The notes: generated by a model from the sequence alone, not told the origin. A stretch of 64,000 nt of DNA from Myxococcota bacterium (GCA_965223415.1 OZ245002.1:416001-480000); one strand, 5' to 3'; positions 8,339 through 18,317 are shown, numbered from the stretch's first letter. Program-made: numbers and translations.

Positions 8339-10005
8339 CCTACTTCCCGTCCGAGAAGAGCCGTTCGTCGGCCTCTTAGTGGATCGTTGGCGGTCTTCGC
8401 GGGCGTTGAGAGTAGCGATGTCACAGCAGTCCCGGAGCCGTCGGGGTGAGTGAGCGACCGTGTTCCGATGCGCGGGCGCACGTGTCCACCGACCGAACCA
8501 CTCTCAGGGGTTCAGGCGAACTCGCGAGTCAGCAGGTGGCGGGCCAAGGCGACGAGGTTGAAGCTCGTCACACTGGCCCAGACATAGGCCTTGAAGGACG
8601 CCAGGCCCCGCCAGGTGCATCGGTCCATCTGGAACGCTCGCTTGAGCGTCGAGATCACGCCCTCGATCCCCGAGCGGAAGTCACGAAGGCGCCGGAAGAC
8701 CCAGGCGCTGCGCACCATCTCGTGGACCTCGAGTCCGCTCTTCTTGTTGAAGGCCATGTCTTCCACGCCGAGCGCCTTGGCCTTGGCAACGTTGTCCATG
8801 GACGCGAAGCCTCCGTCCATCGCCACTTGGCGGGGTGCCTTGCCGAAGAGATCTGCATGGCGCTCGAGCGTACGTTCGACCAGCGTCGAGTCCGTAGGGT
8901 TTCCTTCCTCGATGACACAGTCGAGGACGAGTGACGACCTGCCGCCAGTCAGACAGACCTTGTGACCGTAGTAGGTGCCTCGATTGTCCTTCACGAGGAT
9001 GTCCGAGTGCGGCTCGAAGATCGACACGATCTTCTCGGCTGCAGGGACGCGCTCGCCTTCGAGGACACGGCGACGGCTCTGATCGATGACGCGCTCGACG
9101 AGGGGAAGCACCGCGAGGAGCTCTTCGCGAAGCGGCGTCGTGTCTTCGACTCGGGCGACCCTCTCCGCGACGCTACGGGCCGCTTGGCAGACCTCTTCCG
9201 TGGCCCGGATCATGCACCGATAGCTCGCGACCAGGTTGATCGACCGCCGGTGGAACTTGATCGCGTAGGCGCGTCGCTTCACGCAACGACGACGATCCGG
9301 GAACATCTTGCGCAGCGAAGGGCGTTGCTTCGCCATCCTTCGCAAAATCCGCGTCATCACCCGAACGCTGTCCCAGAGCAGGGCCGAGTCGGCGGGCTCG
9401 TGGATGTTCGCCTCGACGACCGTCGTATCCGCCCGAATCGTCTCGCCTCGTTCGATTCCTTCCCGGCGAGCCAGGCCGATCAACGCACGGTGGATGGCTT
9501 CCCACGTCTCGGGCCGGATCCGTTTGACGTTGTCCTGAAGGGTCTGGAAGCGGGGCCAGTCACCGAGCCCGAGTCCTACGAAGCTGCGGAAGGCGGCCGA
9601 GTCCTGGAGGTGAAACTCCAACTCCCGGTAGCTCAGCCCGTGGATCTGCTTGAGTAGGGCGATTCGAAGGACCTGATCGCCGCTGAGGCCCCGACGGCCG
9701 GTATCGGCGCGACGTTCCCCGATCAGATCTCCGTGCACAACAGCACCCAAGCGCGGATCCGCCCCGAGGATCCTGGCGATCATCTGCAGCTCTCGGGTAT
9801 GTTGATGCGGACCCCATGTGGGCGTGAGTGAGAGCTGAGTTTCTCGGAATCGGCGCATCGCTTCACCCCCCGGTTGGCGAATTGCTGTGTATGTTCGGTA
9901 GGTTGGCACCACCTAACATACACCAATCGCAACTCGATCGGGAGGCGCGTTTGCGCCAATTCCTTTTCTTCTCAGTGACTTACGAGTTCTTGGACGGGAA
10001 GTAGC
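8339..10005 (-). mobile_element. Insertion sequence (ISNCY/IS5-like DDE type), about 1.67 kb
   Basis: 18-bp terminal inverted repeats CTACTTCCCGTCC(G/A)AGAA at 8340-8357 and 9987-10004; CTAG on both flanks (8335-8338, 10006-10009); visibly lower GC than flanks. Confidence 0.9.
8512..9858 (-). CDS. DDE transposase (ISNCY-like)
   Basis: LSYRELEFHLQDS, IRADTTVVEANIHEPADS, KIVSIFEPH, DGGFAS, FRSGIEGVISTLKR. Confidence 0.92.
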   Translation of the reverse strand: MRRFRETQLSLTPTWGPHQHTRELQMIARILGADPRLGAVVHGDLIGERRADTGRRGLSGDQVLRIALLKQIHGLSYRELEFHLQDSAAFRSFVGLGLGDWPRFQTLQDNVKRIRPETWEAIHRALIGLARREGIERGETIRADTTVVEANIHEPADSALLWDSVRVMTRILRRMAKQRPSLRKMFPDRRRCVKRRAYAIKFHRRSINLVASYRCMIRATEEVCQAARSVAERVARVEDTTPLREELLAVLPLVERVIDQSRRRVLEGERVPAAEKIVSIFEPHSDILVKDNRGTYYGHKVCLTGGRSSLVLDCVIEEGNPTDSTLVERTLERHADLFGKAPRQVAMDGGFASMDNVAKAKALGVEDMAFNKKSGLEVHEMVRSAWVFRRLRDFRSGIEGVISTLKRAFQMDRCTWRGLASFKAYVWASVTSFNLVALARHLLTREFA

Positions 10006-10012
10006 CTAGGCG

Positions 10013-10327
10013 GTGATGGCGACTCCCGAGCACCCTCCGCGGCGCCCGCGCGCGACCTATCGGCCGACATTCACGCTCTCGATCCTCTACCTGTTCGGCT
10101 TCTTCGTCCTCTACGGCCTGATGCTCGCGGGGTGGGACCTCTTCCAGGCGTTCCAACAGCTCCCGCCGGGCCCCGAGCAGCTCACGCCCGAAGAGCAGGA
10201 GCTCGCCAGGGAGACCGCCCGCCGCGCCCTGGGCGGCGGCAAGCTCTACGTCTGCCTCGCCGCCGCCGCCGCCACCGTCTTCCTCGCCAGCTACCTCGAC
10301 GTCCTCCCCGGCCTGCGCCGCCGCTGA
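10013..10327 (+). CDS. Small hypothetical membrane protein (2 TM)
   Basis: Two hydrophobic segments; codon usage like host genes. Confidence 0.75.
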   Translation: MMATPEHPPRRPRATYRPTFTLSILYLFGFFVLYGLMLAGWDLFQAFQQLPPGPEQLTPEEQELARETARRALGGGKLYVCLAAAAATVFLASYLDVLPGLRRR

Positions 10328-10407
10328 CCTCGCAGCGCAACAGACGGAACGGCCCCCAACGCAACATCCCGCGACGCAACGAGCGGAACCGGCCCCCAGA
10401 AGCAACG

Positions 10408-10647
10408 TCAGGCGGTCTTCCCTGCGATGTAGCGCTCGACGTCGGCGACGGTCTGGAGGGCTTCGGCGTCCGCGTCGGGGACGACGATGTCGAAGGTCTC
10501 CTCGAGGGCCATGACGAGCTCGACCACGTCGAGGGAATCGGCGCCCAGGTCGTCGAGGATGCGAGCCTCGGGGACGACCTCGCCGTGGTCGACGCCGAGC
10601 TGGTTGGCGACGATCTCGCGCAGGCGGGCCAGCAGGTCTTGGTTCAT
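10408..10647 (-). CDS. acpP: Acyl carrier protein
   Basis: [22 protein letters not shown] phosphopantetheine motif. Confidence 0.93.
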   Translation of the reverse strand: MNQDLLARLREIVANQLGVDHGEVVPEARILDDLGADSLDVVELVMALEETFDIVVPDADAEALQTVADVERYIAGKTA

Positions 10648-10658
10648 CGGTCGGTTCC

Positions 10659-11303
10659 TCAGGGAGCGCTACGCATGCCGCGCAGGAAGATCTCGACCAT
10701 GTCGCGGAAGACCTGGTCGAGGGGTCGATCGCGGAGCTTCCGCCGCGGCGCGGCGAGCTCGGTCTGGATCACGCCGTTCGCCATGGTCCACAGGATGTTC
10801 GCCACCTCCCAGCTGTCGCAGGGGGCGAACTCGCCCTGGGCCACGCCGCGCTCGATGGCGTCGGCCAGGATCTGGAGGCAGCTCTGCCAGAGCCGGGTGA
10901 TCTCCTGGACCAGGGCTTCGGGCAGGTCGCCGATCACGTCCTGGTTGTCGAGGGCCCAGAAGATCTGGAAGTTCTCCCGGTTGCGGGTCCAGTGGTCGAC
11001 GTAGAAGCGGCCGAGCTCGCGAATCTGGTCCGCCGCCGTGCCCGGCGCGTGGGCGGCCTCGTTCATCCGCGCCTGGAAGATGGCGCCGCCGTCGGCGAGG
11101 AGCGCCACGTACAGGTCGCCCTTGTTCTCGAAGTAGCGGTAGAGGGTGCCCTTCGCGACGCCGGCGATCTGCGCGACCTCGTCGAGGTTCGCGTTCATGA
11201 AGCCGTCCCGGAAGAAGACGCCCCGCGCGGCCTCAAGGATCTTGCCCCGCTGGAGGGTCCGCCGGTCGCCTCCCCGCGGCGGCTCAGGCCCCGACGTCGT
11301 CAC
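10659..11303 (-). CDS. TetR/AcrR family transcriptional regulator
   Basis: ILEAARGVF...[25 protein letters not shown]. Confidence 0.93.
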   Translation of the reverse strand: MTTSGPEPPRGGDRRTLQRGKILEAARGVFFRDGFMNANLDEVAQIAGVAKGTLYRYFENKGDLYVALLADGGAIFQARMNEAAHAPGTAADQIRELGRFYVDHWTRNRENFQIFWALDNQDVIGDLPEALVQEITRLWQSCLQILADAIERGVAQGEFAPCDSWEVANILWTMANGVIQTELAAPRRKLRDRPLDQVFRDMVEIFLRGMRSAP

Positions 11304-12243
11304 TGCCCTCGTACCGGTAGGGCTCGAAGAGCTTCGTGTTCAGGTAGCGCTCGCCGAAGCTCGGGATGATGGTCACGACGAGCTTGCCCTCGTTCTCGGG
11401 CTTCTTCCCGTACTCGATCGCGGCGCACACGGCGGCGCCGGACGAGATCCCACAGAGAATGCCCTCCTCGGCGGCGAGGCGACGGGCCATGTCGAAGGCC
11501 GCGTCAGCACTCACGGTGATCACCCCGTCCACCAGTTCCCGGTCGAGGACGTCGGGAACGAAGCCGGCGCCGATGCCCTGGATGGGATGCGGGCCGGGCG
11601 AGCCGCCGGAGAGCACCGGGCTCGCCTCAGGCTCCACGGCGATGGCCTGGAACGAGGGCTTCTTCTCCTTCAGCACCTGGGCCACGCCGGTGATCGTGCC
11701 GCCGGTGCCGACGCCGGAGATCAGGGCGTCGACCTGCCCGTCCGTGTCCTCCCAGATCTCCAACGCCGTGGTGTTGCGGTGGACCTCCGGGTTGGCCGGG
11801 TTCATGAACTGCTGGGGCATGAAGGCGTCCGGGATGTCCGAGGTGAGTTGGTTCGCCTTCTCGACGGCACCGCGCATGCCCTTGGCGCCCTCGGTCAGCA
11901 CGAGCTTGGCGCCGAACACGCGCAGGGTGATGCGCCGCTCCTGGCTCATCGTCTCGGGCATCACCAGGATGCAGTCGTAGCCCTTCACCGCCGCGACGAA
12001 CGCCAGCGCGATGCCCGTGTTCCCGCTGGTGGGCTCGACGATCACGGTCTTCCCGGGTGTGATGACGCCCTCGCGCTCCGCGGCCTCGATCATCGCCAGG
12101 CCGATCCGATCCTTCACGCTCGCCGCCGGATTCTGCCCCTCGAGCTTGCCGACGATCTGGGCGTTCGCGCCCTCGGTGACCTTGTTGATGCGTACCAGCG
12201 GAGTGCGCCCGATCAGCTCGGTGACATCATTGGCGATCTTCAT
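11284..12243 (-). CDS. cysK: Cysteine synthase A
   Basis: [45 protein letters not shown]. Confidence 0.96.
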   Translation of the reverse strand: MKIANDVTELIGRTPLVRINKVTEGANAQIVGKLEGQNPAASVKDRIGLAMIEAAEREGVITPGKTVIVEPTSGNTGIALAFVAAVKGYDCILVMPETMSQERRITLRVFGAKLVLTEGAKGMRGAVEKANQLTSDIPDAFMPQQFMNPANPEVHRNTTALEIWEDTDGQVDALISGVGTGGTITGVAQVLKEKKPSFQAIAVEPEASPVLSGGSPGPHPIQGIGAGFVPDVLDRELVDGVITVSADAAFDMARRLAAEEGILCGISSGAAVCAAIEYGKKPENEGKLVVTIIPSFGERYLNTKLFEPYRYEGSDDVGA

Positions 12244-12281
12244 GCTGCTCCTCCTGCGTGGAGAGCGTCCGAGCTTACCCC

Positions 12282-12365
12282 GGCTCCCGGAGCGAGTCAT
12301 CCGGAAGCCGAACCGCCGGGCTCCCGGAGCGAGTCATCCGGAAGCCGATCCACCGGGCTGCCGGA
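12282..12365. repeat. 37-bp-period tandem duplication covering the truD 3' end
   Basis: GGCTCCCGGAGCGAGTCATCCGGAAGCCGA at 12282-12311 and 12319-12348; partial third copy from 12356. Confidence 0.85.
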
Positions 12366-13341
12366 CCGCGTCGTCGGAGACGCCGAACACCGATGCCACG
12401 AGCACAGTGGCGTAGCTCCCGGGCGGCAGCTCGAAGGCGAGGCGCAGCGCATCGTCCCCGGTTCGCTCCCAGCCGAGCTCTCGCGGACGTACCCGCAGCG
12501 GCCGCCGCCCTCCCCGGATGCGCAGGCCCCGCGGCGGGACGAACGGGTCGGGCAGGCCCCACTCGGCGAGCCAGCGCGCCTCCCGCTCACCGGGGGCGCC
12601 CATCGGGCGCGTCATGCGCGTTCCGACGATCGGCCCGCTGGGGCTGATCTCGAAGGTGACCGCCCGGCGGTTCTCGGCTGCCTCGTCCTCGACCCGGAAG
12701 CTGGCGCCGGAGTCGTGCTTCCAGGCGATCTCCCCGGCCTCGACGCGATCGAGGGGAAGGCTGCGCCGCTCGAGGAAGGCGTTGAAGAGATGGGCCTGGT
12801 AGGCGGAGACGAGGAAGCGCGCGCCTCGGCGATCGCCCCCGAGCCGCCCGGTCGCGAGGATGGCGCGGCCGCGCTCGGCGTTCTCACGGTCGCGCCCGAA
12901 GCGTTGGGCACCGAAGCGGTTGGGGACACCCCGCTCGGCGAGCTCCGGCAGCCGTCGCTCGGCCTGGGCGAGCTCCGCCGATGCGAGTTCGCGGATCGTG
13001 AGCTCGAAGCGGTTGCCGGCGAGCTGACCGGTCCGCAGCTTGTGCCGGTGCGGATGCGCCTCGAGCACCCGCCAGCCCTCCCCGGAGAGCCCGAGGGCGC
13101 GGGCGGGCTCGAGGCCCGGCACCGAGAGCCACTGGCGCGCCACGGCGACCCGGTCCTTTCGCCCGGCGTATCCCACCTCCCGAGCCGGGACGCCGGCGGC
13201 CCGCGCCAGGGAACGCGCCACCTGCTCCGTGTTGGCAAGCCGCTTCTCGATCCGCACGAAGGTGTGCTCGCCCTCGCCGCAGGGCGGGTAGAGCGGCAGC
13301 TCCTCGACGACGAAGTCCTCGGGCGTCGCCGCGAGCTTCAC
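12334..13341 (-). CDS. truD: tRNA pseudouridine(13) synthase
   Basis: PEDFVVEE, GYAGRKDRVAVARQW, GNRFELTIR, PNRFGAQRFG, FELPPGSYAT; GTGA overlap with rnhB. Confidence 0.95.
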   Translation of the reverse strand: MKLAATPEDFVVEELPLYPPCGEGEHTFVRIEKRLANTEQVARSLARAAGVPAREVGYAGRKDRVAVARQWLSVPGLEPARALGLSGEGWRVLEAHPHRHKLRTGQLAGNRFELTIRELASAELAQAERRLPELAERGVPNRFGAQRFGRDRENAERGRAILATGRLGGDRRGARFLVSAYQAHLFNAFLERRSLPLDRVEAGEIAWKHDSGASFRVEDEAAENRRAVTFEISPSGPIVGTRMTRPMGAPGEREARWLAEWGLPDPFVPPRGLRIRGGRRPLRVRPRELGWERTGDDALRLAFELPPGSYATVLVASVFGVSDDAVRQPGGSASG

Positions 13342-14135
13342 GAGGCGGGGAAGAGCGGCAGCTGACTCACCGGCGCGTAGGAGCGGCGGTGGATCGGGCA
13401 CGGGCCGGCGCGACGCAGCGCGGCTAGGTGCTCGCCGGTGGCGTAGCCCTTGTGTCGGGCGAAGCCGTAGCCCGGGTACCTCGCGTCGAGCCGGAGCATG
13501 ATCGCATCGCGATGCACCTTCGCCACGATGGAGGCCGCTGCGATCGACGCGTCTTTGCCGTCTCCTCCGACCAGCGGGGTCTGGGGCACCTCCAGGCCCG
13601 GGATCGTGCGGGCGTCGACGAGCACGTGATCCGGCGCGACCGGAAGGTCGGCAACCGCGCCGCCCATCGCCCGCAGGCTGGCCTGGTAGATGTTGATGCG
13701 GTCGATCTCCTCGGTCCACACCTCGCACACGCCGACGCCCACGGCCTGCTCACGGATCGCCGCGTCGAGCCGCTCCCGCTCCTCGCGGGTGAGCCGCTTC
13801 GAATCGTCGAGCCCGGGCAGCTCCGGCGTGTCGACGAGCACCACCGCCGCTGCCACCACCGGCCCGGCGAGCGGCCCCACGCCGACCTCGTCCACGCCGG
13901 CGACGACCCGCGCCCCCGTGGCCCGAAGCTCGTCGCGCAAGCGGAAGAGCCGCTCCATGCGTCGCCGCTCGCGCCCGAGCCGCGCCGCCCGGCGCCGGCA
14001 GCGGCCCGCCAGGGCCTGGGCGCCGGCGCGCCCGTCCGCCTGGAGCTCGGCGGCCAGCCGCCGCAGACCGGACTCGCTGGTCGCCGCCCGCGCGCGCTCC
14101 TGGAGGGACGCGAGGGACGGCTGCCGCCGGCTCAC
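13338..14135 (-). CDS. rnhB: Ribonuclease HII with N-terminal helical extension
   Basis: AGVDEVGVGPLAGPVVAAAV, DDSKRL, IAAASIVAKVHRD, HKGYAT, IHRRSY. Confidence 0.95.
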   Translation of the reverse strand: MSRRQPSLASLQERARAATSESGLRRLAAELQADGRAGAQALAGRCRRRAARLGRERRRMERLFRLRDELRATGARVVAGVDEVGVGPLAGPVVAAAVVLVDTPELPGLDDSKRLTREERERLDAAIREQAVGVGVCEVWTEEIDRINIYQASLRAMGGAVADLPVAPDHVLVDARTIPGLEVPQTPLVGGDGKDASIAAASIVAKVHRDAIMLRLDARYPGYGFARHKGYATGEHLAALRRAGPCPIHRRSYAPVSQLPLFPAS

Positions 14136-15154
14136 TCGTCCTCCTTGGTCTTCTTCTCGAGGGCGCGAAGCCGCCGCAGCAGGTCCGGCAGCCGCGCGAA
14201 GACCGACATCGAGCGGTGCCAGGCGCGCTCCGGAATCGACGGGAACCCCCACACCCGGCTGCCGGGCTCCAGGTTCTCGATCACGCCGCCCCGCGCGCCG
14301 ACGAAGCTGCCGTCGCCAACGGTGATGTGCCCGCCCGCGCCCGACTGGGCCATCATGATCACCCGGTCGCCGAGCTTCGCCGTGCCTGCGATCCCGGTCT
14401 GGGCCACCAGGATGCCGTGCTCCCCGATCTCGACGTTGTGGCCCACCATCACCAGGTTGTCGATCTTCGTGCCGCGCCCGATCCGGGTCGTCCCGAGCCG
14501 CGCCCGGTCCACCGTGCTGTTGGCGCCGATCTCCACATCGTCCTCGAGCACCACGTTCCCCACCTGGGGCACCTTCTCGTGCTCGCCGCGCTCGTTGAAC
14601 TCGTAGCCGAAGCCGTCCCCGCCGATCGCCGCGCCGGGCTGCAGGATCACCCGATCGCCGAGCCTACATCCTTCGCGCACCACCGACCCCGCGTGCAGCC
14701 AGCAGTCCCGTCCCACCGTGGTCCCGGCCCCAACGACCACCCGCGCGCCGACCACCGTCTCCGCCCCGATCGCGGCTCCGCTCTCGACGACGGCCAGGGC
14801 GCCCACCGAAGCCGAGGGGTCGACCTTGGCATCCTCCGCCACGACGGCGCTCGGGTGGATCCCGACGGGGGGGCGCGGAGGCGGGCGAAGCCAGCCCGTC
14901 ACCCGGGCGAAGTCGAGGTTGGGGAGAGGGGAGCGGATCACGGGGCGATCGCCGACGTCGACGTCGGGCGGAGCGATCACCGCGCCGAGGGACGACTCGG
15001 CCAGGGCCGCGGCGTAGGAGGCCGAGCGGAGGAAGCCCAGGTCGCGCGGGCCGCCGTCTTCGATGCCGGCGACGTCCTCCACCATGAACGCCGCGTCGCC
15101 TTCGACGACGCGGCCGCCCAGCCGCTCCGCGAGCTCCCCGAGCGCGATCCCCAT
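14132..15154 (-). CDS. lpxD: UDP-3-O-(3-hydroxyacyl)glucosamine N-acyltransferase
   Basis: Hexapeptide repeats, IGGDGFGY, DVEIGANSTVDR, TKIDNLVMVGHNVEIG. Confidence 0.96.
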   Translation of the reverse strand: MGIALGELAERLGGRVVEGDAAFMVEDVAGIEDGGPRDLGFLRSASYAAALAESSLGAVIAPPDVDVGDRPVIRSPLPNLDFARVTGWLRPPPRPPVGIHPSAVVAEDAKVDPSASVGALAVVESGAAIGAETVVGARVVVGAGTTVGRDCWLHAGSVVREGCRLGDRVILQPGAAIGGDGFGYEFNERGEHEKVPQVGNVVLEDDVEIGANSTVDRARLGTTRIGRGTKIDNLVMVGHNVEIGEHGILVAQTGIAGTAKLGDRVIMMAQSGAGGHITVGDGSFVGARGGVIENLEPGSRVWGFPSIPERAWHRSMSVFARLPDLLRRLRALEKKTKEDE

Positions 15155-15175
15155 CGCGTTGAAGCTAGCGCGGGT

Positions 15176-15255
15176 GTGAGACAAGGGGACGTTCCTTTCT
15201 GTCTCACCGATCCCGACTCCGCCGTGAGACAGAAAGGAACGTCCCCTTGTCTCAC
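15176..15255. repeat. REP-like palindromic doublet, copy 1
   Basis: GTGAGACAAGGGGACGTTCCTTTCTGTCTCAC (15176-15207), 16-nt spacer, exact reverse complement (15224-15255). Confidence 0.9.
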
Positions 15256-16076
15256 TAGCGCGCGAGCAGCACCGGGACGGGTGAGGTCCTCACAACCGCG
15301 CTCGCGTTCGACCCCAGGAAGTACTCGTTGATCCGGTTCCGCCCGTAGGCCCCCATCACGATCAGCCCGGCTCGCGCCCCCTTCGCCGTGTCGACGATCT
15401 TGACGTCGGGCCGGCCGAGGGTCGAGGAGGCTTCGCGCACCGGGACGGTCAGGGTGCCCAGCAACCGGCGAACCTCGTCGAAGCGGGCGGCGGCGCGGCC
15501 CTTGTCCTTCGAGTCGACGAAGACGTGGACGGTCTGCTCGAGGCGGGCGGCGAGCTCGACGGCGAGCTTGGCGGCGATGCGGGATCCGGGAGAGCCGTCG
15601 AAGGCGAGCACGATGGGGCCGCCGAACTCGGCGCCGGCGGGGACGACGGCGGTGGCCTTGTTGGTCTTGCGCAGGGTGCCGTCGGCAGTGGAGCCGATCA
15701 GGGCCGTGCGACAGCCGGCATGCTCGCCGTCGCGGCCGATCACCAGCAGGTCGACGGCCTGGCCGCGCTCGACGATGCGGTCGTCGGCAATGCCGCGCAC
15801 GGTCTCGGCACCGCACTCGCTGCCGGCGCCGCGGGCAGAATCCGAGAGGCGGCGGCAGGCCGCCTCGGCGCGCGTCTTGAGGAACGCCTCGATGCCGTCC
15901 AGGTTGGGCGGGGTCACGCCGAGGGCGTCGCCGCGCAGGCCCTGGGCCACCTTGTCCTCGATCACCGAGAGGCCGGAGAGGCGGGCGCGAAGGCGCGCGC
16001 CCAGGGCGACGCCGTAGCGCTCGGCGTGGTGGGCGGCGTCGGAGCCGTCGGTGGCGATCAGGATGGTCTCGATCAT
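15255..16076 (-). CDS. Universal stress protein (two Usp domains)
   Basis: ILIATDGS...DLLVIG...LIGSTAD; second domain IVLAFDGS...LIVMGAYG...LGSNASAVVR. Confidence 0.93.
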   Translation of the reverse strand: MIETILIATDGSDAAHHAERYGVALGARLRARLSGLSVIEDKVAQGLRGDALGVTPPNLDGIEAFLKTRAEAACRRLSDSARGAGSECGAETVRGIADDRIVERGQAVDLLVIGRDGEHAGCRTALIGSTADGTLRKTNKATAVVPAGAEFGGPIVLAFDGSPGSRIAAKLAVELAARLEQTVHVFVDSKDKGRAAARFDEVRRLLGTLTVPVREASSTLGRPDVKIVDTAKGARAGLIVMGAYGRNRINEYFLGSNASAVVRTSPVPVLLAR

Positions 16077-16114
16077 GGGGTTCTCCGCGCTGGAGCTAGC
16101 GCCTCTGCGTGTCT

Positions 16115-17647
16115 CTAGGTGAGCAGCCGTCCCACCGGCGTGCCCCACACCCACCGCACCAGCCGGCGCAGCAAACGCCCCTTGCGGGCGGTGTAGGGGA
16201 ACCAGAGGAACTCGGACTTCCGACCGAAGCGGTCGACGAGGATCGTCTGGGCGTGGCAGTAGCCGCGCAGGCCGGCGACGCCGTTCACCTGCCCGATGCC
16301 GCTCTCGCGCCGTCCGCCGAAGGGCGCCTCGGTGACGGCGTAGCTCAGCAGGCAGTCGTTCACGACCACACCCCCGGTACGCAGCGCCTTCGCCAGCTCG
16401 ACGCCGCGGCGCTTGTCGCGGGTCCAGACGCTGCCGTTCAGGCCGTAGGGCGTGTCGTTGGCGAGCCGAACCGCCTCGTCCTCGTCCCGTACGCGCATGA
16501 TCGGCAGGACCGGGCCGAAGGTCTCCTCCCGCATCACCTGCATGCCGTGGTCGACGTCGGCCAGCACCGTGGGCTCGTAGAAGAGGCCCGGGAACTCCGG
16601 GTTGCGCCGCCCGCCGGCAAGGACACGGGCGCCCCGCTCCACGGCGTCCGCCACGTGGCGCTCGACCACGTCGAGCTGGGGCCCGTGGATCACGGCGCCG
16701 ACGTCGCTCTCGCCGTCCGGCCCCTGTCGCAGGGCCTGGGTGTGCGCGAGCACTTTGCGGGTGAACTCGTCGGCGACCTCGTCCATCACGTAGACCCGCT
16801 CGGCGGAGACGGACAGCTGGCCGCCGTTGGCGAAGGCGCCGAACACCGCGCCACCGGCCGCCCGGTCGAGATCCGCGTCGGCGCAGACGATCATCGCGTC
16901 CTTGCCGCCCAGCTCGAGGGTGCAGGGCAGGAGGCGCCGGGCGCAGGCCTCGGCCACATGTCGCCCCGTCGTCACGCTGCCGGTGAAGCAGATCTTGTCG
17001 ACGCCGGCCCCCACCAACGCGGCGCCCGTCTCGCCGTCTCCCTGGACCAGCTGGAAGACGCCGGGGGGCAGCCCCGCCTCGGCGAGAAGGCGCTCGATCA
17101 GCTGACCCGAGTACGGGGTGGTCTCCGAGGGCTTGAGCACGACGGCATTGCCCGCCGCGAGGGCCTGCACGGTCGGGTTCAAGGAGAGCAGGAAGGGAAC
17201 GTTCCACGGCGTGATGACACCCACGACGCCGAGGGGCTGGTAGTGGATGCACAACCGCTTCGTCTTCGTCAGGTGAAGGGGGACGGATCGGTCGGCCAGG
17301 ATGCGCTTCGCGCGCTTCGCGTAGAACTGCAGCGCGTCGCAGGCCGGCAGGATCTCCGTGGCCAACGCCTCCTCCCGGGGCTTGCCGGTCTCCTCGACGA
17401 TCACGTCGACGAAGTCGTCCTGGTGGACGACCAGGGCGCGCAGGGCGCGCTCGAGGACCTTGCGCCGTTCGGCGTGGGACGTGGCCGCCCACTCGGGGGC
17501 CGCCTTGCGGGCGCACTCCACCGCGAGCACCACGTCGTCGGCCCGCTGGACCTCGACGCTGCCCAGCTCCTCGAGGTTCGCCGGGCTCGAGAGACGCAGC
17601 CTTCGGCGTCCGCCGACGGTGGGCTCGAGGGGCTCGACGAGGGCCAT
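16115..17647 (-). CDS. Aldehyde dehydrogenase family protein
   Basis: GVITPWN, LKPSE, FTGSVTTG, LELGGKD, EETFGP; the usual catalytic Cys position reads Ser (NGGQLSVSAER). Confidence 0.92.
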   Translation of the reverse strand: MALVEPLEPTVGGRRRLRLSSPANLEELGSVEVQRADDVVLAVECARKAAPEWAATSHAERRKVLERALRALVVHQDDFVDVIVEETGKPREEALATEILPACDALQFYAKRAKRILADRSVPLHLTKTKRLCIHYQPLGVVGVITPWNVPFLLSLNPTVQALAAGNAVVLKPSETTPYSGQLIERLLAEAGLPPGVFQLVQGDGETGAALVGAGVDKICFTGSVTTGRHVAEACARRLLPCTLELGGKDAMIVCADADLDRAAGGAVFGAFANGGQLSVSAERVYVMDEVADEFTRKVLAHTQALRQGPDGESDVGAVIHGPQLDVVERHVADAVERGARVLAGGRRNPEFPGLFYEPTVLADVDHGMQVMREETFGPVLPIMRVRDEDEAVRLANDTPYGLNGSVWTRDKRRGVELAKALRTGGVVVNDCLLSYAVTEAPFGGRRESGIGQVNGVAGLRGYCHAQTILVDRFGRKSEFLWFPYTARKGRLLRRLVRWVWGTPVGRLLT

Positions 17648-17824
17648 AGGGGGGGTGGTTCTCCGGATCGGGCGGCGGACCGACCAAGCGGTCTGCGGCG
17701 GGGGACGAGGGTACGAGAGCCCCGCGGGAAATGTCAATCGGGTTGGAAGGCCCCGGCGGGGGTCACCGCTGGGCCCTTCGAGGGGGCCCATCCGGCCTTG
17801 TCCGGGAGAGGCTCTGGCGGGGCT

Positions 17825-18247
17825 TCACTCCTCGCTCCCCGCCACCCCGGCCACCCAGCGCAGGATGTCGGTCTCGGTGATGAGCCCGAGCAGCTGATCA
17901 CCGTCCACCACCGGCAGGCAGCCGATCTTCTTCTCGGCCATGATGAGCGCCGCCTCCTCGATGGTGGCGTCGGGCTCCACCACGATGGGCGGCGTCGACA
18001 TCACCCGCTCGATCTCCACCATGTGCATGAAGGCGCGGCGCTCCTCGTCGCGGTGCTCGGACAGCACCGAGAGGGAGGCGCGCAGCAGGTCACGCTCGGA
18101 GACGACGCCGACGAGCTGCCCGGCCTGCACCACGGGCATGTGCCGCACGTGCCCGAGGGTCATGATATCCTCGACCGTCGAGAGGCGATCGCTCGCCGAG
18201 ATGGTGACCAGCTGGGTCCCCATGATGTCGCGCACGCGATCTTCCAC
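17825..18247 (-). CDS. CBS domain pair protein
   Basis: VRDIM...VRHMPVV...GVVSERDL; KIGCLPVVDGDQLLGLITETD. Confidence 0.9.
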   Translation of the reverse strand: MEDRVRDIMGTQLVTISASDRLSTVEDIMTLGHVRHMPVVQAGQLVGVVSERDLLRASLSVLSEHRDEERRAFMHMVEIERVMSTPPIVVEPDATIEEAALIMAEKKIGCLPVVDGDQLLGLITETDILRWVAGVAGSEE

Positions 18248-18317
18248 TCTTCCTCCCGAGTCCCGAGCCGGATACCCAGCCCCGAGTGGGGCGCATTCTA
18301 GACCGCGGGCCCCAACG

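Noticed and set aside
5521..8379. Very long antisense and alternate-frame ORFs (e.g. 5521-8379 +, 32536-35049 +, 42784-44868 -, 54360-56696 +)
   Set aside because: Shadow ORFs of real genes in high-GC DNA, with no recognisable motifs.
10331..10407. Imperfect CGCAAC...GGCCCCCA duplication between convergent genes
   Set aside because: Short, degenerate and seen once; no function can be supported.
15176..15255. 32-bp repeats as a CRISPR array
   Set aside because: Units are inverted pairs with 9-16 nt spacers, dispersed across the window, and no cas genes are present.
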